Assembly (NCBI GenBank): GCA_031268145.1
Contig: JAIRXS010000022.1
Coordinates: 9,574 to 73,573 of the forward strand
Length of the DNA stretch: 64,000 nucleotides
From: Candidatus Endomicrobiellum siamense
Lineage (GTDB): Bacteria > Elusimicrobiota > Endomicrobiia > Endomicrobiales > Endomicrobiaceae
Reading direction: 5' to 3'
Made by a program: the position numbers and the translations under genes. Under the pieces are notes generated by a model. The model searched no databases. It was not told the origin of the DNA and was given only the letters and a program-made list of their open reading frames with translations. The first letter of the stretch is position 1, and each line of letters begins with the position of its first letter. Positions 37,484 to 49,083 of this stretch are shown here, in pieces.

Positions 37484-38493
37484 ATAACCTTATTATACTT
37501 TACTATAGCTTCTTTTATCTCATATACGAGATTATGCTCTGCAGCTCTTACTCCTGCAAAAATTGCATTCTTTACGGCTTTAGCGTTAGAACTACCATGC
37601 CCTACAATACTAATACCATCTATGCCTAAAAGTGGAGCACCTCCACTTTCTGTATAATCAACACTTTTCCTTAAATCTTTTATAGCTAACCACAAAAATG
37701 GTAAAGATATCCATGCAAAAGGATGCTTCTTTAAAGCTCTTTTTACTAACTTTAAAATCATTTCTGAGAGACCTTCTCCAAACTTTAAAATAACATTTCC
37801 AACAAATCCATCACACACAACTACATCTGCTTTAGACCTTGGAATATCTTTACCTTCAATATTGCCTATAAAATTAATGTCAGCTTTTTTTAAAAGTTCA
37901 AAAGCAGCCAAGGAAAGTGCGTTACCTTTTGTAGGTTCTTCTCCAACAGAAACCAATCCTACTTTCGGACGCTTAACACCCGCAACTTTCTCACAAAACA
38001 AACTTGCCATTATCGCAAACTGAACTAAATGTTCAGGCTTACAATCTACATTTGCTCCCATATCAGCAACTACACAACTTCCGTCTAGAGTAGGGAAAAA
38101 AGTAGATATAGCAGGCCTTAATACACCTTCTATTCTTTTTAAATAAAAAAGAGCAGCTGCCATAACTGCTCCAGAATTACCCATAGAAACAAATGCATCT
38201 GCTTTACCTTCTGCAACAAGTGTTGCGCAAATAGATAAAGATGAATTTCGCTTTTGACGAATAGCCTTTGCAGGATGTTCATCCATAGCGACAACTTCAT
38301 CAGCATTAATTATTTCTATATCAAAAGATTTTAAGTCATACTTTTTATTGTATTTTGACATCTCAGCAAGAATAACTTGCTCTTTCCCTACAAGTAAAAT
38401 TTTATGTTTAGATTGCTTTGCAGCTAAAATTGCGCCTTCAACAGTTGATACAGGCGCAAAATCTCCTCCCATTGCATCTAATGCAATTATCAT
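37480..38493 (-). CDS. plsX: phosphate acyltransferase
   Basis: 337 aa with 'IALDAMGGDFAP' and 'VCDGFVGNVILK'. Confidence 0.95.
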   Translation of the reverse strand: MIIALDAMGGDFAPVSTVEGAILAAKQSKHKILLVGKEQVILAEMSKYNKKYDLKSFDIEIINADEVVAMDEHPAKAIRQKRNSSLSICATLVAEGKADAFVSMGNSGAVMAAALFYLKRIEGVLRPAISTFFPTLDGSCVVADMGANVDCKPEHLVQFAIMASLFCEKVAGVKRPKVGLVSVGEEPTKGNALSLAAFELLKKADINFIGNIEGKDIPRSKADVVVCDGFVGNVILKFGEGLSEMILKLVKRALKKHPFAWISLPFLWLAIKDLRKSVDYTESGGAPLLGIDGISIVGHGSSNAKAVKNAIFAGVRAAEHNLVYEIKEAIVKYNKVI

Positions 38494-38711
38494 TTTGATT
38501 GCGCCTCTTTTTGAGTACTTTCTGTTTTCTTCACTTTTTTTGGCACAATTAAAACTCCATTATAAAAACCGCATTCAGGACACACTTTATGCGATATTTT
38601 TGCAGCACCACAATTTGTACACTTGCTGGCATTTGGAGCATCTAATTTTGAATTTGCTGATCTTCTACTATCTCTACGGTGTGGGGTATGCTTCCTTTTT
38701 GGATTTGGCAT
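38490..38711 (-). CDS. rpmF: 50S ribosomal protein L32 (with a Lys/Glu-rich C-terminal tail)
   Basis: 73 aa starting 'MPNPKRKHTPHRRDSRR' with Zn-ribbon 'CTNCG...CPECG'. It sits in the canonical yceD-rpmF-plsX context. Confidence 0.9.
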   Translation of the reverse strand: MPNPKRKHTPHRRDSRRSANSKLDAPNASKCTNCGAAKISHKVCPECGFYNGVLIVPKKVKKTESTQKEAQSK

Positions 38712-38713
38712 AT

Positions 38714-39175
38714 TTACTTCCTCTGATATTTATTTAACAATTCTTTCCATATATGTTTAGCAACATTGTCATCTTCATCAACACAAGAACAAGAGTCGTC
38801 TTTTTTATTATGTCTACCACAAACTTTACATATACCTAAACAATCAGACTTACAAATAGGCTTCAATGGCATTTCAAGAATCATTAATTGCCTAATTTCC
38901 TCACCAATATCAACACAACCTTCTCTAATATCCATGTCTATATTAATAGGGATTTGTAAAGGAAAACTGTAAGGTTCAAGGCAAAGAGAACATTCTTGTT
39001 CAATAAAACCTACTACTTCGCCTTTTATATATATTTTAAAGTCAGAAACTTTGGCAGCTATAAAAGACACACATATATTTGCCTGGCAACCAATATCTTT
39101 AGTATATTTAAAGTTTTTTACTTCTACTATTTCTTTTTTTAAAAAATCAGATAAACGTATAATTAGTTCTTTCAT
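38714..39175 (-). CDS. yceD: YceD/DUF177 family protein
   Basis: 153 aa with the Cys-rich tail 'CKSDCLGICKVCG' and its position immediately upstream of rpmF. Confidence 0.8.
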   Translation of the reverse strand: MKELIIRLSDFLKKEIVEVKNFKYTKDIGCQANICVSFIAAKVSDFKIYIKGEVVGFIEQECSLCLEPYSFPLQIPINIDMDIREGCVDIGEEIRQLMILEMPLKPICKSDCLGICKVCGRHNKKDDSCSCVDEDDNVAKHIWKELLNKYQRK

Positions 39176-39203
39176 AAAAATTTATTAGATTATAAGATGT
39201 TAA

Positions 39204-40403
39204 TTATACATTTGTCAACACCATTTGAGCATCTTTAGCAATCATTAACTCTTCATTAGTAGGTATAACCATAATCTTAGTCCTTGAAGATTTTACAGAA
39301 ATACAACGTTCTTTATTAGAACATTTTATATTTTCTTGTAAATCTATTTCTATGCCTAACGCATCTAAATTTTTACATATATTTTCTCTTACAGCAGAAT
39401 GATTTTCTCCAATACCCGCTGTAAAAACCAAAGCGTCAATTCCGTTTAAAATTCCAAAATACGCGCATACATATTTTTTTATACTATAACAAAGCATTTC
39501 AAAAGCTAAAGAAGCTCTCTGATTGCCATTGTCTATAGCTACTGAAATATCTCTCATATCAGCAGAGATACCAGAAATACCAATTAATCCGCTTTCTTGA
39601 TTTAACAATCTATTTAAAGCAACTGTATCTTTATACTGCGGATATTTATCTATTATATAAGCAATAATCGCAGGATCAATATTTCCGCATCTAGTACCCA
39701 TTACAACGCCTTCTAAAGGAGTAAAACCCATAGAAGTATCTATAACTTCCCCTTTCTTAATAGCAGTGATACTACTTCCATTGCCCAAATGAGCTGTTAT
39801 CAAATTAATTTCATCCAGTGACCTATTTAACATTTCAGCTGCCTTACGTGAAACATATTTATGGGAAGTACCATGAAAACCGTATCTTCTTATATTGTCT
39901 TCTATAAAAAATTTATATGGCAACGCATATGTGTAAGCATAATCTGGCATAGTTTGGTAAAAAGCAGTATCAAAGACCAGTACTGAAGGAATGCCTGGAA
40001 GCATTTTTTCAACAGCCTCTATTCCTGCATAATGGGCAGGAATGTGAAGCGGAGCTATAGAAAAACACCACTTTAAATTATTTTTTACTTCTTCTGTAGC
40101 TAAAACTGATTTAGAAAACTTATTTCCACCATGAACGATCCTATGTCCAACAACAGTAATTTCGCTAATATCTGAAATTATATTATTCAAAAGCTCTTTT
40201 ATTACAAGTTCTACAGCTTCAGTATGGTTTGAAATTTTTATAATATCTTTTTTTTCTTGACAATTTTCTGCTTGTCTTTTATAAAAAGATTCTGGTAGTC
40301 CTATACATTCAACAATACCCCAAGCTAGTTTTTTTTCACTCTGCATTTCAAAGAGGGCATACTTAACAGATGATGAACCACAATTTAACACTAATACTTT
40401 CAT
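39204..40403 (-). CDS. ackA: acetate kinase
   Basis: 399 aa with '[13 protein letters not shown]', 'GHRIVHGG' and '[10 protein letters not shown]'. Confidence 0.95.
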   Translation of the reverse strand: MKVLVLNCGSSSVKYALFEMQSEKKLAWGIVECIGLPESFYKRQAENCQEKKDIIKISNHTEAVELVIKELLNNIISDISEITVVGHRIVHGGNKFSKSVLATEEVKNNLKWCFSIAPLHIPAHYAGIEAVEKMLPGIPSVLVFDTAFYQTMPDYAYTYALPYKFFIEDNIRRYGFHGTSHKYVSRKAAEMLNRSLDEINLITAHLGNGSSITAIKKGEVIDTSMGFTPLEGVVMGTRCGNIDPAIIAYIIDKYPQYKDTVALNRLLNQESGLIGISGISADMRDISVAIDNGNQRASLAFEMLCYSIKKYVCAYFGILNGIDALVFTAGIGENHSAVRENICKNLDALGIEIDLQENIKCSNKERCISVKSSRTKIMVIPTNEELMIAKDAQMVLTNV

Positions 40404-40639
40404 ATTAAAAACTACCTCTTTTAATCTATTATTAGCATATAAAACATATTGTGATTTTATAGTATTTTAGACGTATTGTCAATTTTTATACATTCTAACT
40501 ACATCACTTAACCTCTTTAATTAGAGAATTAAAGATTTTATGAATAAAATATTAATTTTGAGAATCTAAACAGTCAAATCAAAAGACCATGTTAAGTAAA
40601 CCTAACAGAGCTTTTAATGTTGTTATGATAAAGCTTAAT

Positions 40640-43249
40640 TTAGTTTATATATTTTCTTCTAAATTCTAATGATTCTGAATTTTTTTTTGATATATCTATT
40701 ATTATAGCATCTCCTTCTTTAAACTCACCAGCAATAATTTTTGAAGAAAGTGGATTTAATAAATAAGTTTGTATGGCTCTTTTTAAAGGTCTTGCACCAA
40801 AAACAGGATCGTACCCTTTCAACGATAAAAAATCTTTCGTTTTATCAGACAAGCTAATATTTATTTTTCTTAACATAAGGCGTTCTTGTAATGTTTTAAT
40901 TTGAATATCTACAATTCTATTTAATTCCTCAGAACTTAAATTTTTAAATATTATCGTTTCATCAATTCTATTTAAAAACTCTGGTCTAAAAAAAGTACGC
41001 AGCTCTTGATTTATATTAATTCTAATTTCCTCATCACTTTTATCTGGTTGTATATATTGAGATCCTATATTTGATGTCATAATTATAACGGTATTTTTAA
41101 AATCTACTGTTCTTCCTCGTCCATCTGTAAGTCTTCCATCGTCAAACAATTGAAGCATAATATTAAAAACTTCCATATTGGCTTTTTCAATTTCGTCAAA
41201 CAAAACAACGCAATACGGTCTTCTTCTTACAGCTTCTGTGAGTTGTCCACCTTCTTCAAACCCTACATATCCAGGGGGTGCTCCTATAAGCCGAGAAACG
41301 CTGTGTTTTTCCATATATTCTGACATGTCAATCCTTATTATATTTTTCTCATCATCAAACAAAAGTTCAGCTAAAGCTTTTGCAAGCTCTGTTTTTCCAA
41401 CACCCGTAGGTCCTAAAAATAAAAATGAACCTATGGGTTTATTATGATCAGAAATACCAGACCGAGAACGTCTTACAGCATTTGCTATAGCAACTATTGC
41501 TTCATCTTGCCCTATAACTCTTTGATGAAGACTATCTTCCATCTTGAGAAGTTTTTGCATTTCACCCTGCATCATACGACTAACAGGAATACCAGTCCAT
41601 TTGCTTACGACATGAGCAATATCATCTTCATCAACCTCTTCTTTTAACATCTTTTTTTCTTTTTGAAGTTTAAGAAGTTTCGTGTTTTCTTCCTCAAGTT
41701 GCTTTTGCATATTTGGAATTTTCCCATAACGAATCTCTGCAACTAAATTTAAATCTCCATTTCTTTCAGCTTTTTGTTCTTCAATTTTTATATTCTCTAT
41801 ATTTTCTTTAAGACGCCTTATTTGGGAAATACACTCTTTTTCTTTTTGCCAATGTACTTTCATATCACTAGATTCATGTCTTAATTTATCTAGTTCTTTT
41901 TCAATATGTAAAAGCCGCTCTTTAGAAGCAGTATCCGTTTCTTTTTTTACAGCTTGTTTTTCTATCTCAAGTTGCCTTATTTTACGCTCTAAAGAATCCA
42001 ATTCTGTAGGCATAGAGTCTATTTCTATTCTAAGTCTGCTGGCAGCTTCATCAATTAAATCTATAGCTTTATCCGGTAAATGTCTATCCGTTATATATCT
42101 TGCACTTAAAGTTGCAGCTGCCACCAATGCAGAATCTCTTATTTTTACGCCATGATGCACTTCATATTTTTCCTTAATACCTCTTAAAATTGCAATTGTA
42201 TTTTCAACAGACGGTTCGCCTGCAAAGATTGGTTGAAAACGCCTTTCTAAAGCTGCATCCTTTTCAATATATTTTCTATATTCGTCTAAAGTTGTAGCAC
42301 CAACAAGACGAAGTTCTCCACGAGCCAACATTGGTTTTAGCATATTAGCTGCATCAACAGCCCCTTCAGAAGCCCCTGCTCCCACTATTGTATGCAATTC
42401 ATCTATAAACAGAATTATTTCTCCATTTGCACTTTGAATTTCCTTTAAAACAGCTTTTAGTCTATCCTCAAATTCCCCTCTATATTTAGCGCCTGCTATT
42501 AAAGAACCTAAATCTAAAGCGACAATTTTCTTGTTTTTTAAACTTTCTGGTATATCTAACGAAACTATTCGTTGAGCAAGCCCTTCAACTATTGCAGTTT
42601 TACCTACCCCAGGGTCTCCAATTATAACTGGGTTGTTTTTTGTTCTTCTAGACAAAACCTGCACACATCTACGTATTTCTTCGTCTCTGCCTATAACAGG
42701 GTCTAGTTTGCCTCTTTTTACTAAATCTGTTAAGTCTTTTCCATATTTTTCTAAAGCTTGGTATTTGTCTTCAGGGTTTTGATCTATAACGCGTTGATCG
42801 CCTCTAATACCTACTAAAGCTTTTAAAATAGTATCTTTTGAAAGTCCATATTTTTTTAATATCTTAGAGGAATTTTCTGCAAGGTCTTCGGCAATAGAAA
42901 TTAATATATGCTCTGTTGAAACGTAGTCGTCTTTTAAATTTTTTGCAATCTTTTCTGCATTATTTAAAATCTTATTTAAAGCTGAAGACAAAAATAAATT
43001 ACCTCCTGAAACTTTTGGTTTTTTTTCAATTTCAGAAACTAATTCGTTAGATATGTTTGAAAATAGTATTTCTTCCTGTCCAGTAGCAGCGATTTTTTTA
43101 ATTATTCCCCCTACAGTACCTCCTTCCTGTTTAACTAGCGCATACAATAAATGTTCCGAAGTTATCTCTTGGTTTTCATAATCTGAGGCTATATTTTGAG
43201 CATCTGCTAAAGCTTCTTGTGACTTAACAGTAAACTTAGAAATATTCAT
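40640..43249 (-). CDS. clpB: ATP-dependent chaperone ClpB
   Basis: The protein has two AAA modules ('GDPGVGKT', '[12 protein letters not shown]') and a middle coiled coil. I prefer the ATG at 43249 (SD 'GGAGG' just upstream) over the track start at 43264. Confidence 0.95.
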   Translation of the reverse strand: MNISKFTVKSQEALADAQNIASDYENQEITSEHLLYALVKQEGGTVGGIIKKIAATGQEEILFSNISNELVSEIEKKPKVSGGNLFLSSALNKILNNAEKIAKNLKDDYVSTEHILISIAEDLAENSSKILKKYGLSKDTILKALVGIRGDQRVIDQNPEDKYQALEKYGKDLTDLVKRGKLDPVIGRDEEIRRCVQVLSRRTKNNPVIIGDPGVGKTAIVEGLAQRIVSLDIPESLKNKKIVALDLGSLIAGAKYRGEFEDRLKAVLKEIQSANGEIILFIDELHTIVGAGASEGAVDAANMLKPMLARGELRLVGATTLDEYRKYIEKDAALERRFQPIFAGEPSVENTIAILRGIKEKYEVHHGVKIRDSALVAAATLSARYITDRHLPDKAIDLIDEAASRLRIEIDSMPTELDSLERKIRQLEIEKQAVKKETDTASKERLLHIEKELDKLRHESSDMKVHWQKEKECISQIRRLKENIENIKIEEQKAERNGDLNLVAEIRYGKIPNMQKQLEEENTKLLKLQKEKKMLKEEVDEDDIAHVVSKWTGIPVSRMMQGEMQKLLKMEDSLHQRVIGQDEAIVAIANAVRRSRSGISDHNKPIGSFLFLGPTGVGKTELAKALAELLFDDEKNIIRIDMSEYMEKHSVSRLIGAPPGYVGFEEGGQLTEAVRRRPYCVVLFDEIEKANMEVFNIMLQLFDDGRLTDGRGRTVDFKNTVIIMTSNIGSQYIQPDKSDEEIRININQELRTFFRPEFLNRIDETIIFKNLSSEELNRIVDIQIKTLQERLMLRKINISLSDKTKDFLSLKGYDPVFGARPLKRAIQTYLLNPLSSKIIAGEFKEGDAIIIDISKKNSESLEFRRKYIN

Positions 43250-43309
43250 TTTTCCTCCCTTCAAAAACTATTTTTTATATTTATGTTATTAAGTATATGT
43301 GCTATGTTT

Positions 43310-45123
43310 TTAGAGAGCCACTTTAAACACATTAGATTGTAAGTCTATCAAAAAATTTTGTACATATTCAATAATATCTATATTAGGAATATCTTTTATC
43401 AACTTAAATGCATAATATTTGTCAGAAATAAACTCTATTTTACTTAAATAATTCTTTATCAACTTTGTGACGTTTCTAGTAGAAACATCTAAAGTTTTAA
43501 AAAAGTATACATACAAATACTTAGTATCTTCAGAAACTCTCTCTATTGACAACTGTTGAGCTAAAAGTCTTAAACTTGTTATCTTTAACAACAACTGCGT
43601 TTCTTTCGGAATTTTACCAAAACGATTAGAAGTTCTAGCTTTATATTGTCTAGCATTTTTTGACTGTTTGCTTCAGAAAGTTTTCTATAAAATAAAATTC
43701 TTATATCTTCTTGATATATATAAGCTTGTGGTATCAACGCGTTAACTTGTAAATCTATATTGGTTAAAATAGTTTCAACTTTATTATAGACATAAAAAAT
43801 TGACCATTTCTTGAAAGCTCAGCTTCAATAATATTCTTTATCAAATTATCGTCATACAATGCTAAATTTGTTTGTATAGGGAGATGTCCATAAGGAGGCT
43901 TTCTATCAAGGATAAATCTCTAAAGCCAGACAAAGCAGAAGATAGTGTTCGTGGAATAGGAGTTGCAGAAAGCAATAAAATATCTATATGTTTTTTTAAA
44001 AACTTAATTTTCTCTTTTTGTTTTACGCCAAATCTGTGTCCTTCATCTATTATTAAAAGTCCCAAATCTTTTTGTAATAATCTGTGGGTGCCAATAATAA
44101 TGTCTGCTGAACCGTTTTAAGATCTTTTATTATCTTTTTTTGCTCAACTTTAGATTGAAACCTACTTAAAAAAATAACATTCGTTGGAAAAATAGATAAC
44201 CTTTCAGAAAAAGTGCTGTAGTGCTGCAGTGCTAAAACTGTTGTAGGCACAAGTACAGCAACTTGTTTGCCATATGTTACTACTTTAAAAGCCGCTCTCA
44301 AAGCTACCTCTGTCTTGCCATATCCAACATCCCCACATATTAATCTTTCCATAGGATAATCTTTGGAAAAATCATTTTTTATATCTTCTATAGCTTTTAG
44401 TTGATCTTGAGTTTCTTCATAAGAGAAAGAATCTTCTAATTCTTTTTCTTCTTGTTTATTTATCGCATAATCAAAATATATTAAAGTTTGGTTTTCTTTC
44501 TTTTTGCAATAGAAATAATCCTTGATACTAAAACTAGGTTTAGAAATACTTGTAGGAAGTATTTTCACATTCTCAAGAGCAGTACTTGAAATCTGACTAG
44601 ATGGATCAAAGAATCTTAGTGTTTCTATAGTATCATACTCAAAAACAATTCTTATTGGCACATCTAAAGATAGCGGCCATATATCTAAAATTTCGCCTCT
44701 AACTGCAAACTGTAATTTTTCCTCTACAAAGTTTGTTTTTGTATATCCAAAAGAAACTAAAGATTCTATAAGTTTATTTAAATTATATGTTTTTGATTTA
44801 CTAAAATCTATTCCCAAAACATTTTCAGGACTTGAAACTTTTATATCAATAGAGTTATTTGTCGCACAAACAACAAAATTGTTTAAAGTTTTTATTTTTT
44901 CTAAAGTGATAGTTCTGGTTTGAATATCGTCATAAGGAAACAAAAAATGCTATCAGTATCTTTAAAAAAACATTTTAAATCATCATAAAAAGAAGTTAGT
45001 TCTTCAGCTTTGACAAAAGCAAAAATACGAAGTTAAGATTGTTTAGGTTTTTTTCTCATCAACATATCTAAACAAAAAATGTACTTTACTGGATGCATTA
45101 ATACCAGACAAATAGGTTGTCAT
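43310..45123 (-). pseudogene. mfd: transcription-repair coupling factor, fragmented with large internal deletions
   Basis: Collinear fragments in different frames are as follows.
- An N-terminal piece from the ATG at 45123 ('MTTYLSGINASS...') runs into a stop.
- A second piece carries '[12 protein letters not shown]...[11 protein letters not shown]' (motif I).
- A third carries '[11 protein letters not shown]...[11 protein letters not shown]' (motifs II/III).
- Further pieces read 'ELSRNGQFF' and 'IPQAYIYQEDIRILFYRKL'.
- The last is a C-terminal 94-aa piece.
The total is about 1.8 kb against more than 3 kb expected. Helicase motifs IV-VI are not seen. Confidence 0.85.
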
Positions 45124-45236
45124 AGTTTGTAATATTAATTAAATTTTTTAAAATATTTTTTTAACTAAACAAAAACTATCTTTACTAGTACAGTTTTTAC
45201 TCAATATTAGAAATGTGTTTAAATGTAAACTTATAA

Positions 45237-45968
45237 TCACATATACTTTTTTCTCAATTTCCTTAACTTTTCCTTTTCTTCCTTAGAAAATTCAGCGACT
45301 AAAACTTTGCCTTTACTCGTTTCTACACCTACAACGTCAACTTCAAATCTAGTTAAATCAGGGACTCTTACTTTTGCCCACTGTCCAAATTTATTTAAAT
45401 CAATCTCATAAGTTTCTTTAGCGCCACTAATAAGCTCTTTTGGCATATCATATTTAAAAGTATTATCCATTAACACTTCGCCTGTTTTATGTGCAATAAG
45501 TCTGCCTCTACAAAAAACAGTTATAATAGGCGTATCAGAATTATTTTCTACAGTAATTTCTGCTATAGAAATAGGCAAAGTGTCTGGAGTATACTGTTTA
45601 TAAAATTTGGCTTGCGTAACTCTTACATTTGCAATTTCTTTTTGGATAAGTCTACTTTGAGCTTTCTTTTGTTCTGACAATGCCATCTTGTTTAAGTCTT
45701 GATAAGATCTTTTTCTATATCCTTCAGAACCATAAAAGCGATCATATGTATAATAAGTTTCTCCATAATTATTTTCGTTATACTCGTACACAGGACCATA
45801 TGGAAAATCCCAGTAATAATCTAAAGCGTAAGGTCTACCAGTGCCTTCATAAGTTTCAGAAACATTTGAGAAAACATCAACTTGCTCTTCCTTGTTAGAC
45901 TTTGTGTCTGCAAAAGAAACAGTTACAACTAAAATAAGAAATGCAGAGACAGTAGCAATTTTTTTCAT
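45237..45968 (-). CDS. secreted hypothetical protein (Tyr-rich N-terminal region)
   Basis: 243 aa with signal peptide 'MKKIATVSAFLILVVTVSFA'. I recognise no motif. Confidence 0.6.
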   Translation of the reverse strand: MKKIATVSAFLILVVTVSFADTKSNKEEQVDVFSNVSETYEGTGRPYALDYYWDFPYGPVYEYNENNYGETYYTYDRFYGSEGYRKRSYQDLNKMALSEQKKAQSRLIQKEIANVRVTQAKFYKQYTPDTLPISIAEITVENNSDTPIITVFCRGRLIAHKTGEVLMDNTFKYDMPKELISGAKETYEIDLNKFGQWAKVRVPDLTRFEVDVVGVETSKGKVLVAEFSKEEKEKLRKLRKKYM

Positions 45969-45994
45969 AAAGGCCTCTTGTTTAAATTTGTAAA

Positions 45995-47551
45995 TCAGTG
46001 TTTAAAATGGCGCATACTTGTCTGTATCATTACCATATTTCTATCATCTGCAGCTTTTATTGAATCGATATCTCTTATAGATCCTCCTGGCTGTACTATT
46101 GCAGTAACATTAACCTTAAAAGATTCTTCAACAACATCTGCAAATGGGAAAAAAGCATCTGAAGCAAGCACTAAAGGATTTTTACTTTCATCTAAATTAT
46201 GTTTTACTTCTTTCATTTTTTCAACCGCAATCTTTAAAGAGTCTATGCGACTCATCTGGCCTGCACCTATCCCAACAGTTTGCAAACCTCTTACCAAAAC
46301 AATAGCATTTGATTTTACATGTTTTGCAACTTTCCAAGCAAATTCTAATGAATCGTTCTCTTCTTTTATAGGACTTCTTTTTGTCATAACTTTTATTTCA
46401 GATAAAAGGCTAGTATCCATGTCTTGCACCAACATTCCACTAGATATCGACCTATATTCTACAATATCATTTCTCTTTTTGTAAGGGATGTCTTGCTTAA
46501 GTAGTCTAATATTTTTTTTCTGCATTAAAACACTTAAAGCTTCTTTAGAATAATCGCAAGCAATGATACACTCAACAAAAATCTTACTTATTTCTTGCGC
46601 AGTTGCAAAATCTACAGATTTATTAAAAGCAATTATACTTCCAAAAGCGCTAACAGGATCGCAAGATAAAGCTTTTAAATAGGAATCTTTTAAATCTTTG
46701 CTTTCAGCGCAACCGCACGGGTTATTGTGCTTTATAATAGCGCAAGCAGGTTTCTCAAACTCATGCACCAAACGCCAAGAGCTTTCCAAATCTAAATAAT
46801 TATTATATGACAACTCTTTACCGTATAGCTGCTTTGCAGACATTACAACAGGCTTATTTTTTTGTGTTCCATTTAAGTATAATACTGCACGCTGGTGAGG
46901 ATTTTCCCCATAGCGCAAATTGATAAGTTTTTTTAATGGTACAGCAAACTGTTCTGGAAATTTATCGTAAGTTAAATAAGTAGAAATTAACGAATCGTAA
47001 TATGCCGTATACCTAAAAGTTTTAGCGGCAAAAGTTAACCTTAATTCATTTGAAAACAAATTATTTTTTAAACTCTCTATAACTAAACCATAGTCATTTT
47101 GGTCGCAAACAACTAAAACGTCTTTATAGTTTTTAGCTGCAGCTCGTAAAAGTGTTACCCCGCCAATATCTATATTTTCTATAACCTCTTGATTTATATT
47201 TTTGTTTTGCGGTTTTTCTATTTTATTTATTGTGGCTTCAAAAGGATATAAATTTACTACTACCATATCTATGGTATCTATACCATATTTTTTTAATTGG
47301 TTTATATGTTCTGGATTACTTCTAACAGCTAAAATACCACCGTGAATTTTTGGATTTAACGTTTTAACTCTACCATCTAAAATCTCAGGAAAATTTACAA
47401 TATCTGATATTTCTTTACATTCTATATTATTTTCTCTTAAAATTTTTGCAGTCCCACAGCTTGAAATAATGATCCAATTCATTCTTTTTAATTCTCTTGC
47501 AAATTCTATAACGCCATCCTTGCAAGATACACTAATTAAAGCTGTCGGCAT
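45995..47551 (-). CDS. purH: bifunctional AICAR transformylase / IMP cyclohydrolase
   Basis: The protein carries 'ALISVSCKDG', 'GRVKTLNPKIHGGIL', 'AIIKHNNPCG' and 'VQPGGSIRD'. I prefer the start at 47551 ('MPTALISV') to the track start at 47575. Confidence 0.95.
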   Translation of the reverse strand: MPTALISVSCKDGVIEFARELKRMNWIIISSCGTAKILRENNIECKEISDIVNFPEILDGRVKTLNPKIHGGILAVRSNPEHINQLKKYGIDTIDMVVVNLYPFEATINKIEKPQNKNINQEVIENIDIGGVTLLRAAAKNYKDVLVVCDQNDYGLVIESLKNNLFSNELRLTFAAKTFRYTAYYDSLISTYLTYDKFPEQFAVPLKKLINLRYGENPHQRAVLYLNGTQKNKPVVMSAKQLYGKELSYNNYLDLESSWRLVHEFEKPACAIIKHNNPCGCAESKDLKDSYLKALSCDPVSAFGSIIAFNKSVDFATAQEISKIFVECIIACDYSKEALSVLMQKKNIRLLKQDIPYKKRNDIVEYRSISSGMLVQDMDTSLLSEIKVMTKRSPIKEENDSLEFAWKVAKHVKSNAIVLVRGLQTVGIGAGQMSRIDSLKIAVEKMKEVKHNLDESKNPLVLASDAFFPFADVVEESFKVNVTAIVQPGGSIRDIDSIKAADDRNMVMIQTSMRHFKH

Positions 47552-47564
47552 ACTAAAATACCTC

Positions 47565-48194
47565 TCATTTTTCAATTACAATGCCCTTGATTACTTTTGA
47601 AATATCTTCAAAAGCAAACCCTCTCCTTAAAAAAAACGAAATAACTTTTTTTGTTTCATTTCTGTCTTTATTATTAAAATTTTTAAACTTATTTTTTAAT
47701 ATTCTCGAAATAACTTCAAACGGTTCGTTTTCTTCTTTTATATAACTTAAAGCTTCTTTTATTAAATCTTTATCGAACTCTTGTTTTTCAAGTCCAGCTT
47801 TAATCAAAAATGGACCTTTACCTTTTTTGCATAAATACAATGCATAATTTTTAGCGTAATTATTATCGTTTAAATAATTTAATTCTTTTAGTCTTACAAG
47901 AGTCTTGTCTACAATATCTGCATTATAATCTTTTCGTATAAGCTTTTCCCTTAAAAATTTTTCACTATAAGCTTTCTTTGAAATTAAATTTAAAGCGTCA
48001 AGCATAACTCTCTTAGACATATCATAAGATATTAACTCATCATACCCTTTTTCTGAAATAATAATATTAGGCTTTAAAGCAAATTTAACTATAGTGTCTG
48101 CAAAAACCATCAAGCTATTGCCATTTTCAAAATATAGTTTAAACGTATTTTTTTTAAATTGTAGTTTTTCTATTTTATTAATAATAAAACTCAT
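47565..48194 (-). CDS. recX: RecX-family regulatory protein
   Basis: 209 aa with repeated helical RecX-like modules ('KAYSEKFLREKLIRKDY', 'FLRRGFAFEDI'). The assignment rests on weak motif memory. Confidence 0.6.
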   Translation of the reverse strand: MSFIINKIEKLQFKKNTFKLYFENGNSLMVFADTIVKFALKPNIIISEKGYDELISYDMSKRVMLDALNLISKKAYSEKFLREKLIRKDYNADIVDKTLVRLKELNYLNDNNYAKNYALYLCKKGKGPFLIKAGLEKQEFDKDLIKEALSYIKEENEPFEVISRILKNKFKNFNNKDRNETKKVISFFLRRGFAFEDISKVIKGIVIEK

Positions 48195-48236
48195 TTGATA
48201 CCGTTAATAGTTTACTAAAGTATATTCCCTAGAACC

Positions 48237-49057
48237 TCACCCTAACTCTTGAGCGTATTTTAACTGCACAGTAGGATCTACCTTAGGATAAATTTCTTTA
48301 AAAAAGTTTTTACTACCATAAGCTTTATTTACTAAGTCATAACTTACTTGATCTACAGCTACAGGGTCAGTACCTGCTACAATGCCAACATCCTGCATCA
48401 ATGTATTATTGTTAGTTGTTAGGTACAGAAAAACAATCACAATATTTACTTATTCTGATAACAATGTTTAACACAATTACCGCAGCCTATACAATTTTTA
48501 GTATTTCCTGTAGGGTTTGAGCTATGATGCATAGCATATTTGCCAGATTTACTTCCACATCCCATGCCTATATTTTTTAAACCCCGCCAAAACCTGTTAT
48601 CTCGTGTCCTTTAAAATGACTCATAAACATAAAGCTATCCGCATTATATATTTCTCGAGCTATTTCAACAGTTTTAAAATGTTTTAAATTGACTTCGACT
48701 TTTACTTGAGCATTCCCTCTTAAACCATCTGCAATTATTACAGGACAACCACAAGTATCAATTGTAAATCCGTGTTTATGAGCTAGTAAGTTGGTGATGA
48801 TATGCATCAGACCTTTTACCTACATAAATTGTGCTTGCATCTGCTAAAAAAGGAGATACAGTTTTTTCTCTAATAACCTTTACAACAGGTAAGACATATT
48901 TGGGGTCAATATGACCTTTATTATGCTCTTCAGCAAAATGTATTTTTATAGCGACAAAATTTCTTGCCTTTACATGGCCAAAAATCCTAGTAGCTTTTAA
49001 AAAGTTGTATAGGTCATCTTTCTTGTCCCGGGTAAGAAAATAAACTTTACTAGGCAT
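48237..49057 (-). pseudogene. DUF362-family Fe-S protein, broken by frameshifts
   Basis: Collinear pieces in three frames are as follows.
- 'MPSKVYFL...VAIKIHFAEEHNKGHIDP...'
- 'HKHGFTIDTCGCPVIIADG...SHFKGHEITGFGGV'
- 'LKNIGMGCGSKSGKYAMH...CIGCGNCVKHC' (untracked frame, 48441..48576)
- 'VGIVAGTDPVAVDQVSYDLV'. Confidence 0.8.
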
Positions 49058-49083
49058 AATGCATAGTCCATAAATTAAAAAAA

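Noticed and set aside
45978-46484. 168-aa plus-strand ORF
   Set aside because: It is antisense to the purH 3' region, and purH is intact on the minus strand.
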